Assembly: GCA_016748015.1 (NCBI GenBank)
Contig: JAAOMT010000617.1
Location: forward strand, 814,635 to 878,634
DNA from: Geosiphon pyriformis uo1
Taxonomy: Eukaryota > Fungi > Glomeromycota
DNA: 64,000 nucleotides
Reading direction: 5' to 3'
The notes under the pieces: generated by a model
The model's database searches: none
Told to the model about the DNA's origin: nothing
The model's input: the letters and a program-made list of their open reading frames with translations, nothing else
In this document: in pieces, positions 12,974 to 25,125 of the stretch
Position numbering within the stretch: the first letter of the stretch is position 1
Layout: each line of letters opens with the position of its first letter
Made by a program: the position numbers and the translations under genes

Positions 12974-15340
12974 TTTTTAATTATTTTTAAAGCTTTTTCT
13001 TATCTTTAATTATTAGTTTTTTTTAATTAAAGTTTTTTTTAAGAGATTAAAATTAGTTTTAGTGTTATTTTTATTTTTTTTAAAACTTCAAAGTTTTTAA
13101 TAATAAATCAATTAATAAGCTGGTTTTTTTTGTTCTTATTATTACTATTATTACTTTGTAAATTGTTAAAATAATCAAAGATTTTAAAAAACAGCAGTAA
13201 TTACTTATATTTATTATTGTTATACTAAATTTTTTTGTAGTTCAAATAAAATTTTATTTAAAATTTTTTTAATAATATTTAATTTTTTTTAATATGAACA
13301 ATAATAATAATAATAATAATATATTTTTTAAAACAAATCAAGATTAATTACTGATTATATTGTCAAATATGGTGTTTTTTAACAGATTATTACTGGTTTT
13401 AAAAACAAATTAGTCTATAAAATTACTTAATTTTAAGATTTAAGTTAATTAAATAAAATTAAATCAATTTTTTTTGTTTTTTGATATTATTTCTAATAAT
13501 ACTTAAAAAACAATTTTAAATTATTAAAAATTTTTTGAATAGGTATTTTTTATTTTAATATTTAGTATTTAATTAATTTTTTATTTCATTTGTTATTTGA
13601 TTTTATTGGATTCAAATTGATTCTAAAAGACAATATAAAATTGTTTTGTGTAAATTTTACTTTTGATATTTTTTGGTTATTATTATTAAAATTTTTATTG
13701 GTGGTTTTTTTTGATTATATTTAAAATTACAAAGTTTTTTATAATAGTTTTTGCTTTTTTTCTTATTTTTATTGTACTTAATAATTTTTTTTTTAACATA
13801 TTTGTTAATAATATTAAAAGTACTTTTGATGTTTTTAATATTATTATTTTAATTAAGTTAAAGTTTACTAATTTGTAATAATATACTATTGTTTATTTCA
13901 AAAACTTTTTTTTTGTTGTTGTTATTTTTGCTAATTAATTTGTATTAATTAAAAAAATAATGTTAAATTTTTTTTTTGCTTAATCAAAAAAAAGTTATTA
14001 TTTTAAAAAATATTTTTAAGACCAATTAATTAACTTTTTTTTAGTAGTATTGTTATTAAAATTAATAATTTGATTTTTTAAGTTGGTAATTATACATGTT
14101 TTATTTTTTACTCTTTTAATTTTTATTATTGTTAATACTTTATTGTTATAACTTTTGATTTTTTAAAGATTTTAAACTTAGCTGTTTTAAAAATTAACAT
14201 TTTATGTAAATATTATATTTAATAAAAAACTTTTAAATATCAATATTATTATAAATATTAAAGTTAAAATTCTTTAATTTTAGATTATAAGATTTTTTTA
14301 TTTTTTATTTTTAAGTTTATTTTTAAGTTATTAATAGTTTTAAGTTTTTTAATTTGTTTTTTATTAATATAAAGTTATATGTTAATTTTTTTTTATTCTT
14401 TTTTTTGTTGTTTTTTTGGCTTTTTTTGTTATTAATTTTGTAATTAAATCTAAATTAAATTTTTTAAAATTTTATATTTTTGAATTAGTTATTTTAATTA
14501 AATTTATTATTTTATTAATTGGGTTTTTTAATGCTTTAATTATTATTTTATTAAACACTCTTTTAGCTTTATATACAGAACTTAAAAATATAATTGGTAT
14601 TATTTAGAATAAGATATTAATTTTTAGTAAGATTATATATAAGTTTTTTTTTAAATATAATTCAAGTTAAAATCAAATATAGTTTTAATATTAATTAAAT
14701 AAAAGATTGTAATAATTTTTAGATAATAAAATTTATATTAAGTTAATTATTTTTTAAAAATATTAATCTATTTGTATTAAACTTAGTTTAGATAAAATTA
14801 CTAAATAAGTAAGTAGAATTATTATAAATAATAGTTTTTTAGTTGTAGTTTTGCATAAAATATTTTTTTAGAATCGATTTTCTTCTATAAAATTAATATA
14901 GTTTAATCTAAACTAAGCTTATATTTAGTTACATATAAAAAATACATGAACTATATTTAATTTATGTTATTTAATTTGATATATTGTATTAAATAATAAT
15001 TAAATTATATGTTAAATAAAAAAAATTATTAATTAAATATAATTTGTTTGTAAAAATAATTATTAACTTTATAATATATTTATAAAATAAATAAATACAA
15101 AATAAAATATGAAAAATATTAAATTATAAATAATATGTATTGTTAAAATATTATTTTTATTATTTTAAAAACTTTGTAAATTTAATAATTTAGAAATTTT
15201 TTTTTTAAATTTTTAATAAAAATAAAAATAAATAAAAAAATAAAAAAAGCTAAAAAAATATTTTACTATTTTTTTTCAGTTTTATAAACTATTTTTTTTA
15301 ATGTACTCTTGTTTAAAAAATTGAACTTAATAAACAGCTT
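12974..15340. other. Extremely AT-rich region, probably a hypermutated TE relic
   Basis: Almost no G/C; only faint gag-like remnants, identity not secure. Confidence 0.45.
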
Positions 15341-16320
15341 TATATTAAATATAAAAAAAAAATTGTTTTAATGTTAAAAAAAATATTGTTAAACATAATT
15401 TTGAAAAGTTAAATAAAAAACCCAAAGTATTTAATAATAAAATAATGTTTCTGATATATTTTATTGGTAAAAAAATCATAAAAATTAACAGCTCTAAAGT
15501 ATTCTTAAATAAGTATGTGTTTTGAAATAATAAATTTAATAGTAAAAATATGAAAAAAATTTTATAAAAAAAAACCAGCTTTATATTAAATAAGAAAGAA
15601 AAATTTTTGGGTGTAAAGAACAAGGTTCTAAGTGTGAATAACATAATTTTATAAAGCACGAATACCAAGTATTTTTTGTTAAAAAAATTGGTCAGATAGT
15701 TTGATTTTGGCATTATAAATGATGATAATATTCTGTTTTTTTTCTTTCTTATACAAAAAAGTGGTCTTTTTTCCTGTCTTTTAAAAGGTTATATTTGAAC
15801 CTGTAAAATCTTACGCACTGAATATGAATCTGTTTGCAATGAAAAGAAAAACCTTTCAAAATAAATTGAAGATAGCCAAAAATTTTTTTTCCAAATAGAT
15901 GGTTTTGGGAAGGCCTCTACTCTCTTAAAATTCCAAGAAATTATCTGATTTATGTTTACATCTGAACAAAACTAGAGAATTGGCTGTAAGAATAAACATC
16001 ATTACAAATACTAATTTAAAGCAAGCATGCAGCATCACTTTTTGTTTGCAGAAAATGCTGACCGCATCATGTCAAAAAGTGAGGGGATAAAGAGGTAAAG
16101 CTTTGTTCACAAAGGGGATTAATATTGAGATCCGGAAATATTGAGTTTGGCGGTGTAGAAACAGGGAGGGAATACAAGTCGAAGACGAGCAAGCTTTTGT
16201 TTTTGCCCATAATTAATTGTGAGCTTTAATACATGTTTATCCTTAGAAATAAATCATATAGAATGACATAAATAATGATATAAAACAATTTAAATAAAAA
16301 ACAAAAACTTGAAAATTTAT

Positions 16321-17245
16321 TATCTCTACCTTGTATTGATGTGGATATGCATATATTGCTGGAGTTTGAAGGTAAGATACATAGAAGCGATTCGAAGGTA
16401 ACTCGGCAAAATTCTGAACATGAATTGTTATGGCGTGATGCAGTGCCTTACGAGATTGAAAAGAAAGATGATGTGTTGATGTAGCTTGTGTCACTGTGCA
16501 TTATGCTTAATAACTTTCGCGCAACCAATGCTTGATCAATCGCTTCGTCTGTGATGTTGACAGGAGCTGAGCCTAAGAAATCTTTTAAGAACATACCAAG
16601 ACGGACGATGGCTCTGCAAAAATTTCTTTCACTCTAAATAGCCAAAACATCATCAAAAAGATGTTTTTTGGAACATCATAGGTTTAACCATCCTCTTTCC
16701 GTGATACCATCTTGTTTCATAATGATGCGACGTTTTTGCACTATCCCACCATATTATTAAAGGCAAATCTTGCCAAGCCCATTCGTTGCTTCAATAGCTT
16801 CTGGGGGTGGTCTTCTGGTATTTGCCACGGGTTGTTGTTGCCTTTCTCTTGTGTTTTTTTGTTCCTGCGTTCTCTTTAGCTCTCCTTTCCTGTATGCGGT
16901 TGTGTTAACGGCAAGAACATCCTGAAAGAGTTTATGCCTATGAGAGGTTACATCGTCGAAGAGAACCACGAGTTTTGCAGAATGGAGGGAGAAGATATAT
17001 TGGATAGCACCGTGGCTTGATCATTCCAGCGGGCCTTAAGCCCTCGGCCCTTGAGGTTGACGCCAGAGCCGATATTGCTGTCGGACTCAGAGAAGTTTGT
17101 TTTTGTGGCTCAAGATCCTCTTTTTGCTTTGCACTAGAGACATGGGAGTGGAGTTGTAGCAGAGATGGGGTGATGGTATCAGCATTTTGAAAAGTTATCT
17201 CAGGAAGAGGAAAAAGGTAAAGTATTTATTTTTGCGATTTTTGAA
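16321..17245 (+). ncRNA. Candidate large structured RNA (or structured 5' leader) upstream of dephospho-CoA kinase
   Basis: Nested complementary segments with G-U pairs on the + strand: 16384-16392/16538-16546, 16432-16442/16497-16507, 16550-16558/16672-16680, 16702-16711/17172-17181, 16824-16830/17010-17016, 16869-16876/16959-16966; no credible ORF. Confidence 0.55.
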
Positions 17246-17364
17246 TCTGATAACTATTAAAAAAGTGCCGGTTCTTCTGCCTTATTATTCACAGGCTATT
17301 TTGTCGTGAAATTCTTTTCGCTTTTAAATTTTATTGTTACTCACGAAATCCTGTTTTTACCACT

Positions 17365-18273
17365 ATGAAAATTATTGGGTTAACAGGAGGCATAGCTTCT
17401 GGTATTATTTTTTCTGTTTTTAAACTCCTGAATACGTGAAAAGGCATAGGTTTTGAACTAACAATTGACATGCTACGCATAGCTTTGGCTCAATTCTTTG
17501 GTTTTTCCCTAAAAATGTGATTCATAGGAAAATCGACTGTTTCGCGCATGATAGAACAACTTAATATTCCACTTATTGACGCCGATAAGTTAGCTCGAGA
17601 AGTAGTTGAACCCGGGAAGCCTGCGTACAAGCAAATAGTCAAAAAGTTCTCGCGTGATATCTTATTAGAAGATGGGACAATTGATCGTGTAAAATTAGCC
17701 AACATCATATTTACCGATGAGACGAAACGAAAAATTCTTAACAAGTGCACGCATCCGTATATACAACGAGCAATACTGAAATCGTTGTGTTGGCATTGGG
17801 TAAAGGGTGAAAGAGTGACAGTATTAGATGTGCCATTATTGATCGAAAGTGGACTATACAAATATATGAGTGCTGTGATAGTTATTTACTGGTGAGCGTG
17901 ATTGTGTTTTATCTTTCATTTTTGCTTTGAGATTTTCACAAAATTTGTAATGGGTTAACTGATTTTACTTAGTGACCCTCGCTACCCACGTAGTTCTGAA
18001 AATTTGCAATTAGGTCGATTGATGAGACGAGACGGGATATCAGAGCATGCTGCTCGACAAAGAATGGCTGCTCAGATCCCCCTCAAAGAAAAAGTGAGTT
18101 TTGCAGATTACATCATTGATAATTCGGGTGAATTTGAAGAAACAGAACGACAGGTCTTCCAAATAATGAATAAGGTTCAGCCCAAGTGGTGGAATTGGCT
18201 GTTAACATGGTTAGGGCCACCTGCTCTCGCAACTGCCGCCTTGGTAACGGCCGCCCAAAGCAATGGTTTATGA
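17365..18273 (+). CDS. CAB5: Dephospho-CoA kinase (CoaE/CAB5), 3 exons: 17365-17401, 17528-17891, 17994-18273
   Basis: Spliced MKIIGLTGGIASGKSTV P-loop, IDADKLAREVVEPG, HPYI, LDVPLLIE, RLMRRDG, ADYIIDNSG; hydrophobic C-terminal tail; GT-AG introns keep frame. Confidence 0.93.
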
Positions 18274-18667
18274 TACTATAGCAACAGATGTTTTTAGATT
18301 TTTCAGATCATCATGACATCGAAGAGTATATTTTTTTTAATAATCTAATTATGGCTTAGATAATTTCTTTAGTTGATTAGTTGAGATATTGAAATAAGTT
18401 ACATATGAGTTTTATCGTTTAGTTCTAAGGTATCAAGAAAATATTCTTTGGAAATAATACTTGGGAGAAAAAGAATTTTGACGTAAAGATTTTTGCATTT
18501 AGCCAATTGCATCTTCAGAAATTCCACAATGGGACATCAAAGATTCAACGTACTAAATAAATCTAGGCTAAATTGTGCGACAAAAGCTCTGAACTAATTG
18601 CAACTTCTCGACCACCTCAGGACTTTTCAATGAGTTGTTAAAATATTGCTCATTCCAAAACTAAAAT

Positions 18668-21600
18668 ATGCCAACACCTTACGATTTAGATCCCGATCTT
18701 CAAGCTTTATTGAAGATAGAGACTTTTCAGGTATTGAGGTTCTATGTGACTCTTAACTAAATGGATGCTTTTGATCGAGGAAATCTTCTCATGCGTATTA
18801 TTCTTATTTATACGCCAGGGAAAATTTACTACAAAAGATTTCGTGGAAAAAACCACACGAAACTTGATAAAATATGCTAATCCTAAAGGTACTTGCAAAA
18901 TTTTCACATTTGACCGCTAAATAATCCTATTTTATTATCTCCGAAATACCCAATTTCCCTTTTTATACAGTGTAAATAATGCGTCAGCTTTTGTCGCATA
19001 GCATTTAACCCAAAGCCTTTTATCCGAGCTTTTGAAAGTTCCATCGATGAATTGATGAAATTACGAAAAACCGTGCAGGAGCAGAGTGATGATCTAGAAG
19101 GTAGCGTCCAATTCACCGAGGTTTCTCATCGGAAGAAACTTCAAGAACTAACTTCCACTTTTGAGGTATAATATTTTTGCTTCGATTTTTATGTTGCTCA
19201 GTATCTGCATTATATATCTTGACTTTTAAAATTTTATTAAATCTTTCAAAGGATGTTGTCACCTCCTTTGAATCTTTGGAAACAAGAATAAACGAAGTTG
19301 GAAATACAGCTATTAGAATAGGTAGGAATGGATTATGAAATTCTAGTTCACATTTATCGTGATTTTTTAACAATTCGATCATTCGATTAAATTATAGGCG
19401 AACAATTAGAAACAATTGATCGTCAAAGATTGCGCGCTTCAGAATCAAAAGAATTAATAGAATTTTTCATGGCTTTTAACCGCGGCGATTCGACTAAGCT
19501 CGAAAATTTAAAAAAGCAGCAAGGCAGAGAGGGACAATTTAAGGTGAATTTTTTGACTATATGGAAATTTAATAGTTATCAATGAAGATTTCTTATTTGA
19601 TTAATTTAGGCCGCCGTCATTGCTCGAAGATTAAACACAATTGCGAGAGAGGTTGATATTCCCGGTGCTGAAGCTGTAAGTTTATGGGGGTTTTTATTTT
19701 CTTATATATTTCTATTTGCTAATAAATATTTTTGATTATTTCTATTCGGAAAGGCAAAAGCACGCGTAGAAAAATTTTGTGAAGTACTAGAGAAAGAATT
19801 GCTTGATCAATTTGACCGAGCATACAGAAAAGGAGATGCAAAAACAATGAAGGTAATTATTTTTATATTTTGATCACCCATTAAGCTTTTATTGTATGTC
19901 AGCAACGTTGATAATAAAATTTTCCATATGATGTCCTAGCATTGTGCAAAAACATTAAATGAATTCAATGGATGTGAATCTTGCATTAAATTATATGTGA
20001 ACCAGCATGAATTTTTCATTACTAAGGTCAATATGACAGAAAACAGCTTAGCCAATTCAAGGTATTTTTGCTTTTTCTTTGGCATACTTTATTTAGTGAA
20101 TAATAAAATAATGGATCATTTTTGTCTCAAAGTTGGAATGAGCTGGCTAATCCCGAAGTTGCTCCTCCACCCGCGGATCAAGGGCTAGTAAAACTTTACG
20201 AAGAAATAAGAGATACTGTCAAGCAAGAGGCTGAAATTATCAATGCCGTTTTTCCTAATCCTATGGGTGTTATGCAAGTGTTCTTGCAGCGTATTTTTGC
20301 CCAACTGGTATTACTTTTTAAGTAATTTATAGCCATTTTTCCACGAGTCAATTTTGAAATTCTTTAAATACATCTCAAACTAGATTCAAAGCTATTTAGA
20401 AGCTTTATTATTCCAAGCTGAGAAGGTTTCAACACTGGCTTATCTGCGGACTCTTTCATCTGTTCATGCTGCTACGACAGAGCTTGTTGAAGATTTAAAG
20501 CGACTAGACATGCGTCAAAAGAAATCAAACGGAGCTCCTCAAGACAGTAATGAAGATATTGGTCCAAGCAAAACAAACACCGTTGTGGAAGTTTTGAATC
20601 AGTGTATGGTAGATTTATTTGTTCCATACACCGAAGGAGATCGGTATATCGAGAAGGAAAAGAAGTCCTTGAACGAATTGTACTCCTCGCTCTTACTACA
20701 ATTTAATGCATATCATGTGAGATTTTTTGGAAAATCACAATTTTTTGCCGTTTATATTGTAATACTTAAAATAAAGATAATTTAGAATCAACGAAAGCAC
20801 GCTGTGAAGGGGAGTACTTTATTTCAACGCGCCGTCAATCAAATATCATCATCATCTGCCGGCTCAACACCCAATCCTAATCAAAGTCCGGGGGCCAATT
20901 TAATGGAAAAAGGTGTGCTTTCCACAACTGAAGATGATGGGAATCTATCTGTTTATTCTGCTATGTTGATTCTCAAAATACACGCCGAAGCTATTAGAAG
21001 ATCTGTTGAATTGAGCCTTCCCAACGATCTGTAAGGTTTAATTGTTATTTTAAAGATTAACGTGTGCAACTATTTCTTTAAATTTTTTTTCCACCTATTC
21101 ATTTCCTTGAAGACCAAAGAATGCAAGCAAATTGTTCCATGTTTTACTTGAGAATATTGGATGGCAATACGTTGACAATGCACTTGACACGTAATAAATT
21201 TTTTATATTTATCGGGAGTTTACCAATCAATGGCACATTACTTATCTTCAATCTTAAACTCAGAGCTTTAGATCAGATTGCTGTTATGGACTGCAAGACA
21301 GATCTTGATTACAAAGCTATTGCGGTTGTTAAGTTGGCGCGCGAAATTATGCATTTGGCTCAGAACCATTTTCAGGCTATCATTGTATGCTAAATATAAG
21401 TTTCTACTATTTTTGGTACAATATTCATATTTGTCGTTTAATATTTTGGGGTTTTGAGCTTCCCTTAGCATCACCCTCGTTGTCGATTCATCGAGAATTG
21501 ATTGCCGACAAGAATAAATTCATGTTGGCTATAGAAAATAAAATCAATTCTGCTGTGCAGCGCATGATTGACGGTAAGTTATAAATTTACATTTAAATTC

Positions 21601-22616
21601 ATTCACCAAATTTTCTTTAACGTTTTTATCCCGATAATAGCTATTTTTGCCAGATTGGGATATTTATTATCCAAACAGAAAAAAAGTGATTTCAAACCGA
21701 AAGAGGACGAGGTTCTTTCCAGCTTGGTGACTTCGGTAATCGCTTTGTTTTATTGAGCACTTATGCATATTCAAAAAAATCTTTATTCATCCTACCAATT
21801 TTATTAGCCTTGCGACGCCTCGGTTGATTTTTTGAGGAAAGTGCAAATTAACAGTAGTCAATTTCTTGATGGTAAAAATTTAGAGCTATTTTTAACCGAA
21901 ATAGGCATGTCTTTTCATAGGTAAGCAAGATTTTCAGTTGTTTGGTTAATCACGTTCTCAACATAAAAATTAAAGATCATTTTGATGTTTGACTTTCTTT
22001 AGTATGCTTTTGGATCATCTGAAAAAGTTTTCAGTGAGCGCTGCGGGAGGTTTAGTATTAACAAAGTGAGTCCTGCAGCCAACTCGAAAATATGATCCAA
22101 ATTAGCTTTCGTGATTTGAATTAACCATCCCTTTGGTATATTAGGGATATGGCTAAATATCAAGAGACGATAGCACTCTTCAAGATAACCGCGCTCGACG
22201 AACGTTTTGAAATGCTTCGACAACTCTCCAATTTGTTCATTGTTAAGCCAGAAATTTTGAAATCTGTCTTGAACGAAGGATACCTTGCAAAGATTGAGGT
22301 CAAATATATGCACATCTATCTTCAACAGCGGACCGATTTCAAGTCCGCAGGAATTGATCAATTAATTGGAATAAGCATTGAGCCTAATGCCGACGAGCGT
22401 AACTTTAATGAAAAAGCCCGAGCCAAGTTAGCCTCTATGGGGATTAGTATAGGAGGTGGCAGAGACGCTTCAGCTGTGGATGGGTCCAATTATTCTTCTA
22501 GTGTGACACCTAATATTACTCTCAGTGCCGGAGGAAATGTTATGAATTCTGTTGGAACGGCAATTAGCGGCGGAATGCAGCGCTTGAATGTTTCAGAGAA
22601 TATGCCATTTCGATAA
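18668..22616 (+). CDS. SEC10: Exocyst complex component Sec10 (multi-exon)
   Basis: Exons read AFNPKPFIRAFE, INEVGNTAIRIGEQLETIDRQR, IINAVFPNPMGVMQVFLQRIFAQ, LSKQKKSDFKPKED, LDGKNLELFLTEIG, ERFEMLRQLSNLFIVKPEILK; many short GT-AG introns. Confidence 0.9.
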
Positions 22617-22744
22617 TAAACCGTAATACAATTTTCTCCAAAGTCAATAAATGTTATTAGATAAACGATAATGAATAGAGTGAATCAATCTTCAATGTAA
22701 AAAAGAGGGTCATTTTCGTCGCTTCTGACGAAAAAGTTTTATTT

Positions 22745-24379
22745 TTATTTCGTAAGCCTCTTATTAAGTATAGCCACACGATCAAACGCGTTCATATTCT
22801 TGTGTGCAACGATTTGATAGCACGTTGCACTTCCTTGACGAGAAATAATTGTCGACCATGCAAGGAAAATTTCCCAGATACTAATAGATTATTATTCAGA
22901 AGACGTTCAGAGTGAGCAAATATTTTTATTTCGGACTTCAAAATTCAAAGTACTTACCGGAACCACCTAAAACAAGAGAAAAAAAGACAAGGTGACTCAT
23001 ATAAGTTGCAATGTAAAATCGAGTTGACTTCACGGTTAAAGTTTATATACAGTACCTTTTGCCATATTTGGTAGTGATAAAATCTTTTTTCTTCATCCAA
23101 TTCTGATACCAGCGCCAAATTGTGGCAGAATAATGTACCCCGATGGTATCGACGCCTTGGATTTCAAAACCTGCGGTTTCTAATTGGTTAATTACCCAGT
23201 ACAAAGGACATGATGCATCCGCACCCGGAAAAATATACTTGGCCATAAATAAGCCCCATATGAAGTCTTCGTATTGCCATGTACTGTACGAAAGTGTCTC
23301 ATAAAGTTAATTATCAAGATTTTGGACACAAGAAATAATTTAGAAACATACCGTCGAAGCCCGGCAATTTGCAGAAAGAATAATCCGTCGTCTTCGAGCA
23401 AATCTTTAACTTGCAACAAAAATGTTTGAAAAAGCCGTACCCCGACATGTTCAGCCATTTCAAGACAGGTAATTTTGTTGTACTTGGGTCGTTTCGGGAT
23501 GTCACGGTAGTCAAGACAGAGAATTCTTGCTTTTTCCGGATCAACATCATATTCTTTTATGCGGTTGTTTCCAAAGGCTGTTTGCCTTAGGCCAAGCGTA
23601 ACACCGGTAGCGTCAACATCAAAATTTTTGGCCGCATGTGCGACCAACGTACCCCACCCACACCCGATATCAAGAAGTCTTTCACCCTTCTTCAAATGAA
23701 TCTTTTCACAAACCAATTTGAGTTTATTATCTTGCAATTCTTCTAAGGTCTCATTTCTTGTAGGATCGGATATGATTCCAGAAGTGTAAACCATTTTTGA
23801 TCCTAGAAACGCGGCGTAAAAATCATCCCCACGATCATAATGGTCGCGCACTTGATCTTCATCCTGCTTCTTGGAGTGCCAAAGGGTTTCGGGGATCCAC
23901 TGAGTGAGGAAGAATTTCGCTTGATACATGCCGAATTCGAAAGATGCCCAGTCGTGACGTGCTTCCATTATTTCTAACGCGTCACCATTTAGATCAATCT
24001 TTCCGTCAAAGTAACTTTCGAAAAAGATTTCCATCGGGATTTTGTTGCGACTTTGATAGCCAGCTAATTTAGCATCTTTGATGGTAATGTACTCTTCAAT
24101 TTTGCGACCTGGCAGTTTGACTTTATTTCCAAAAGGCGAGGTAAATTTCGAAGAGAGGTAGAAGAAACCAGCAAATAAAGGTAGCCCAATAGTTAAAAGA
24201 AGAAAAGGATAGGTCCATAGTCCCCACCTCAGCCAAAAAAGCAGTGCAAGTGGAGCACCCCCGACTATTACAATTAACTGTAAGTTGCTAAAGGTTTGGT
24301 TGCCTGCTCCTTCAGCAGGCAAGGGTGCGTTAGCGACCCCACTCCATTCGGATACTTTGTAGTCTTCGTGTTCAGACAT
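22745..24379 (-). CDS. MTS1: Sphingolipid (glucosylceramide) C9-methyltransferase, CFA-synthase family; includes a 9-nt microexon 22958-22966
   Basis: N-terminal NAPLPAEG plus two TM segments, HSKKQDEDQVRDHYDRGDDFY, LDIGCGWG SAM motif, CLEMAEHVG, WQYEDFIWGLFMAKYIFPGADAS, C-terminal SRQGSATCYQI. Confidence 0.9.
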
Positions 24380-25125
24380 CGTTATCTTTCTCTGTTTTAA
24401 GCTAAAATAAAGGCGAGGGGGCAAGTGGAGTTCTTCAAAGATTAGGGGCTGGTTGCATGTGCTTAAAGTGCTACAATCCCAATATCTGAAAAATTTTTTG
24501 TTTCCATCTAGATGCTTTCTAAACCAAATAGAGGAATCGTGGAACGTTCAACAGTAACTTTTAGCATTTATCTATATGCTAGGGCTCTTAGGTCAACATA
24601 GAATTTGAAAGATGTTTTGCGGATTCAGAGTTCTTTTATGGTTTCATCATTGAGTTCAAAGATCAGGTGTTTTAACAAGTTAGAAAAAAAAAAGATAATT
24701 AATTTATATAAAAAGTTAGCTCTTAAGGTATTTAGCTCTTCCATATTTATTTAACTTTAACGTTTTAGCGGGACCTAAAAGTATGACGAGTACCTATCTT
24801 ATGCAAGAGACACGGTTGATTAGAATCAAAAGGTCAAATTCAGGCTTTCCTCTTGGAGTCTCTGCGGCCCCGCTTGAAAGTTTCATCAGTTATGGCAGCA
24901 ATTGCTGAATTGATGATATCTACTGTGCTTGACATTGAATGGTGTAATAATATTTCTAAAAAAGTCACAAGGAAGTGGGAAATTGAAGTTCCTCATTACT
25001 GATGTTATAAATGTTTGGCTCGGACAAAAATGAACCACGTGTTCTAAAGGGTTGATTCTCATAGAAATTCAATATTACTGCTGCGAACAATCTGAACAGT
25101 AATATTTCACCTTTCGAACTTAGAA

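Noticed and set aside
13300-13320. (AAT)n microsatellite
   Set aside because: Expected in AT-rich decayed sequence
14416-15713. I/L/F/K/N-rich ORFs in AT-rich DNA (also 10823-11041, 29867-30118, 32933-33172)
   Set aside because: Compositional artefacts of AT-rich or hypermutated DNA
16757-16969. - strand 70-aa ORF in the structured region
   Set aside because: GTG start, upstream in-frame stop, no recognisable domain; + strand RNA structure explains the sequence better
17210-17226. ATACTTTACCTT on the - strand resembling the U1 snRNA 5' end
   Set aside because: Extra T, no U1 stem-loop motifs, and G-U pairing indicates the + strand
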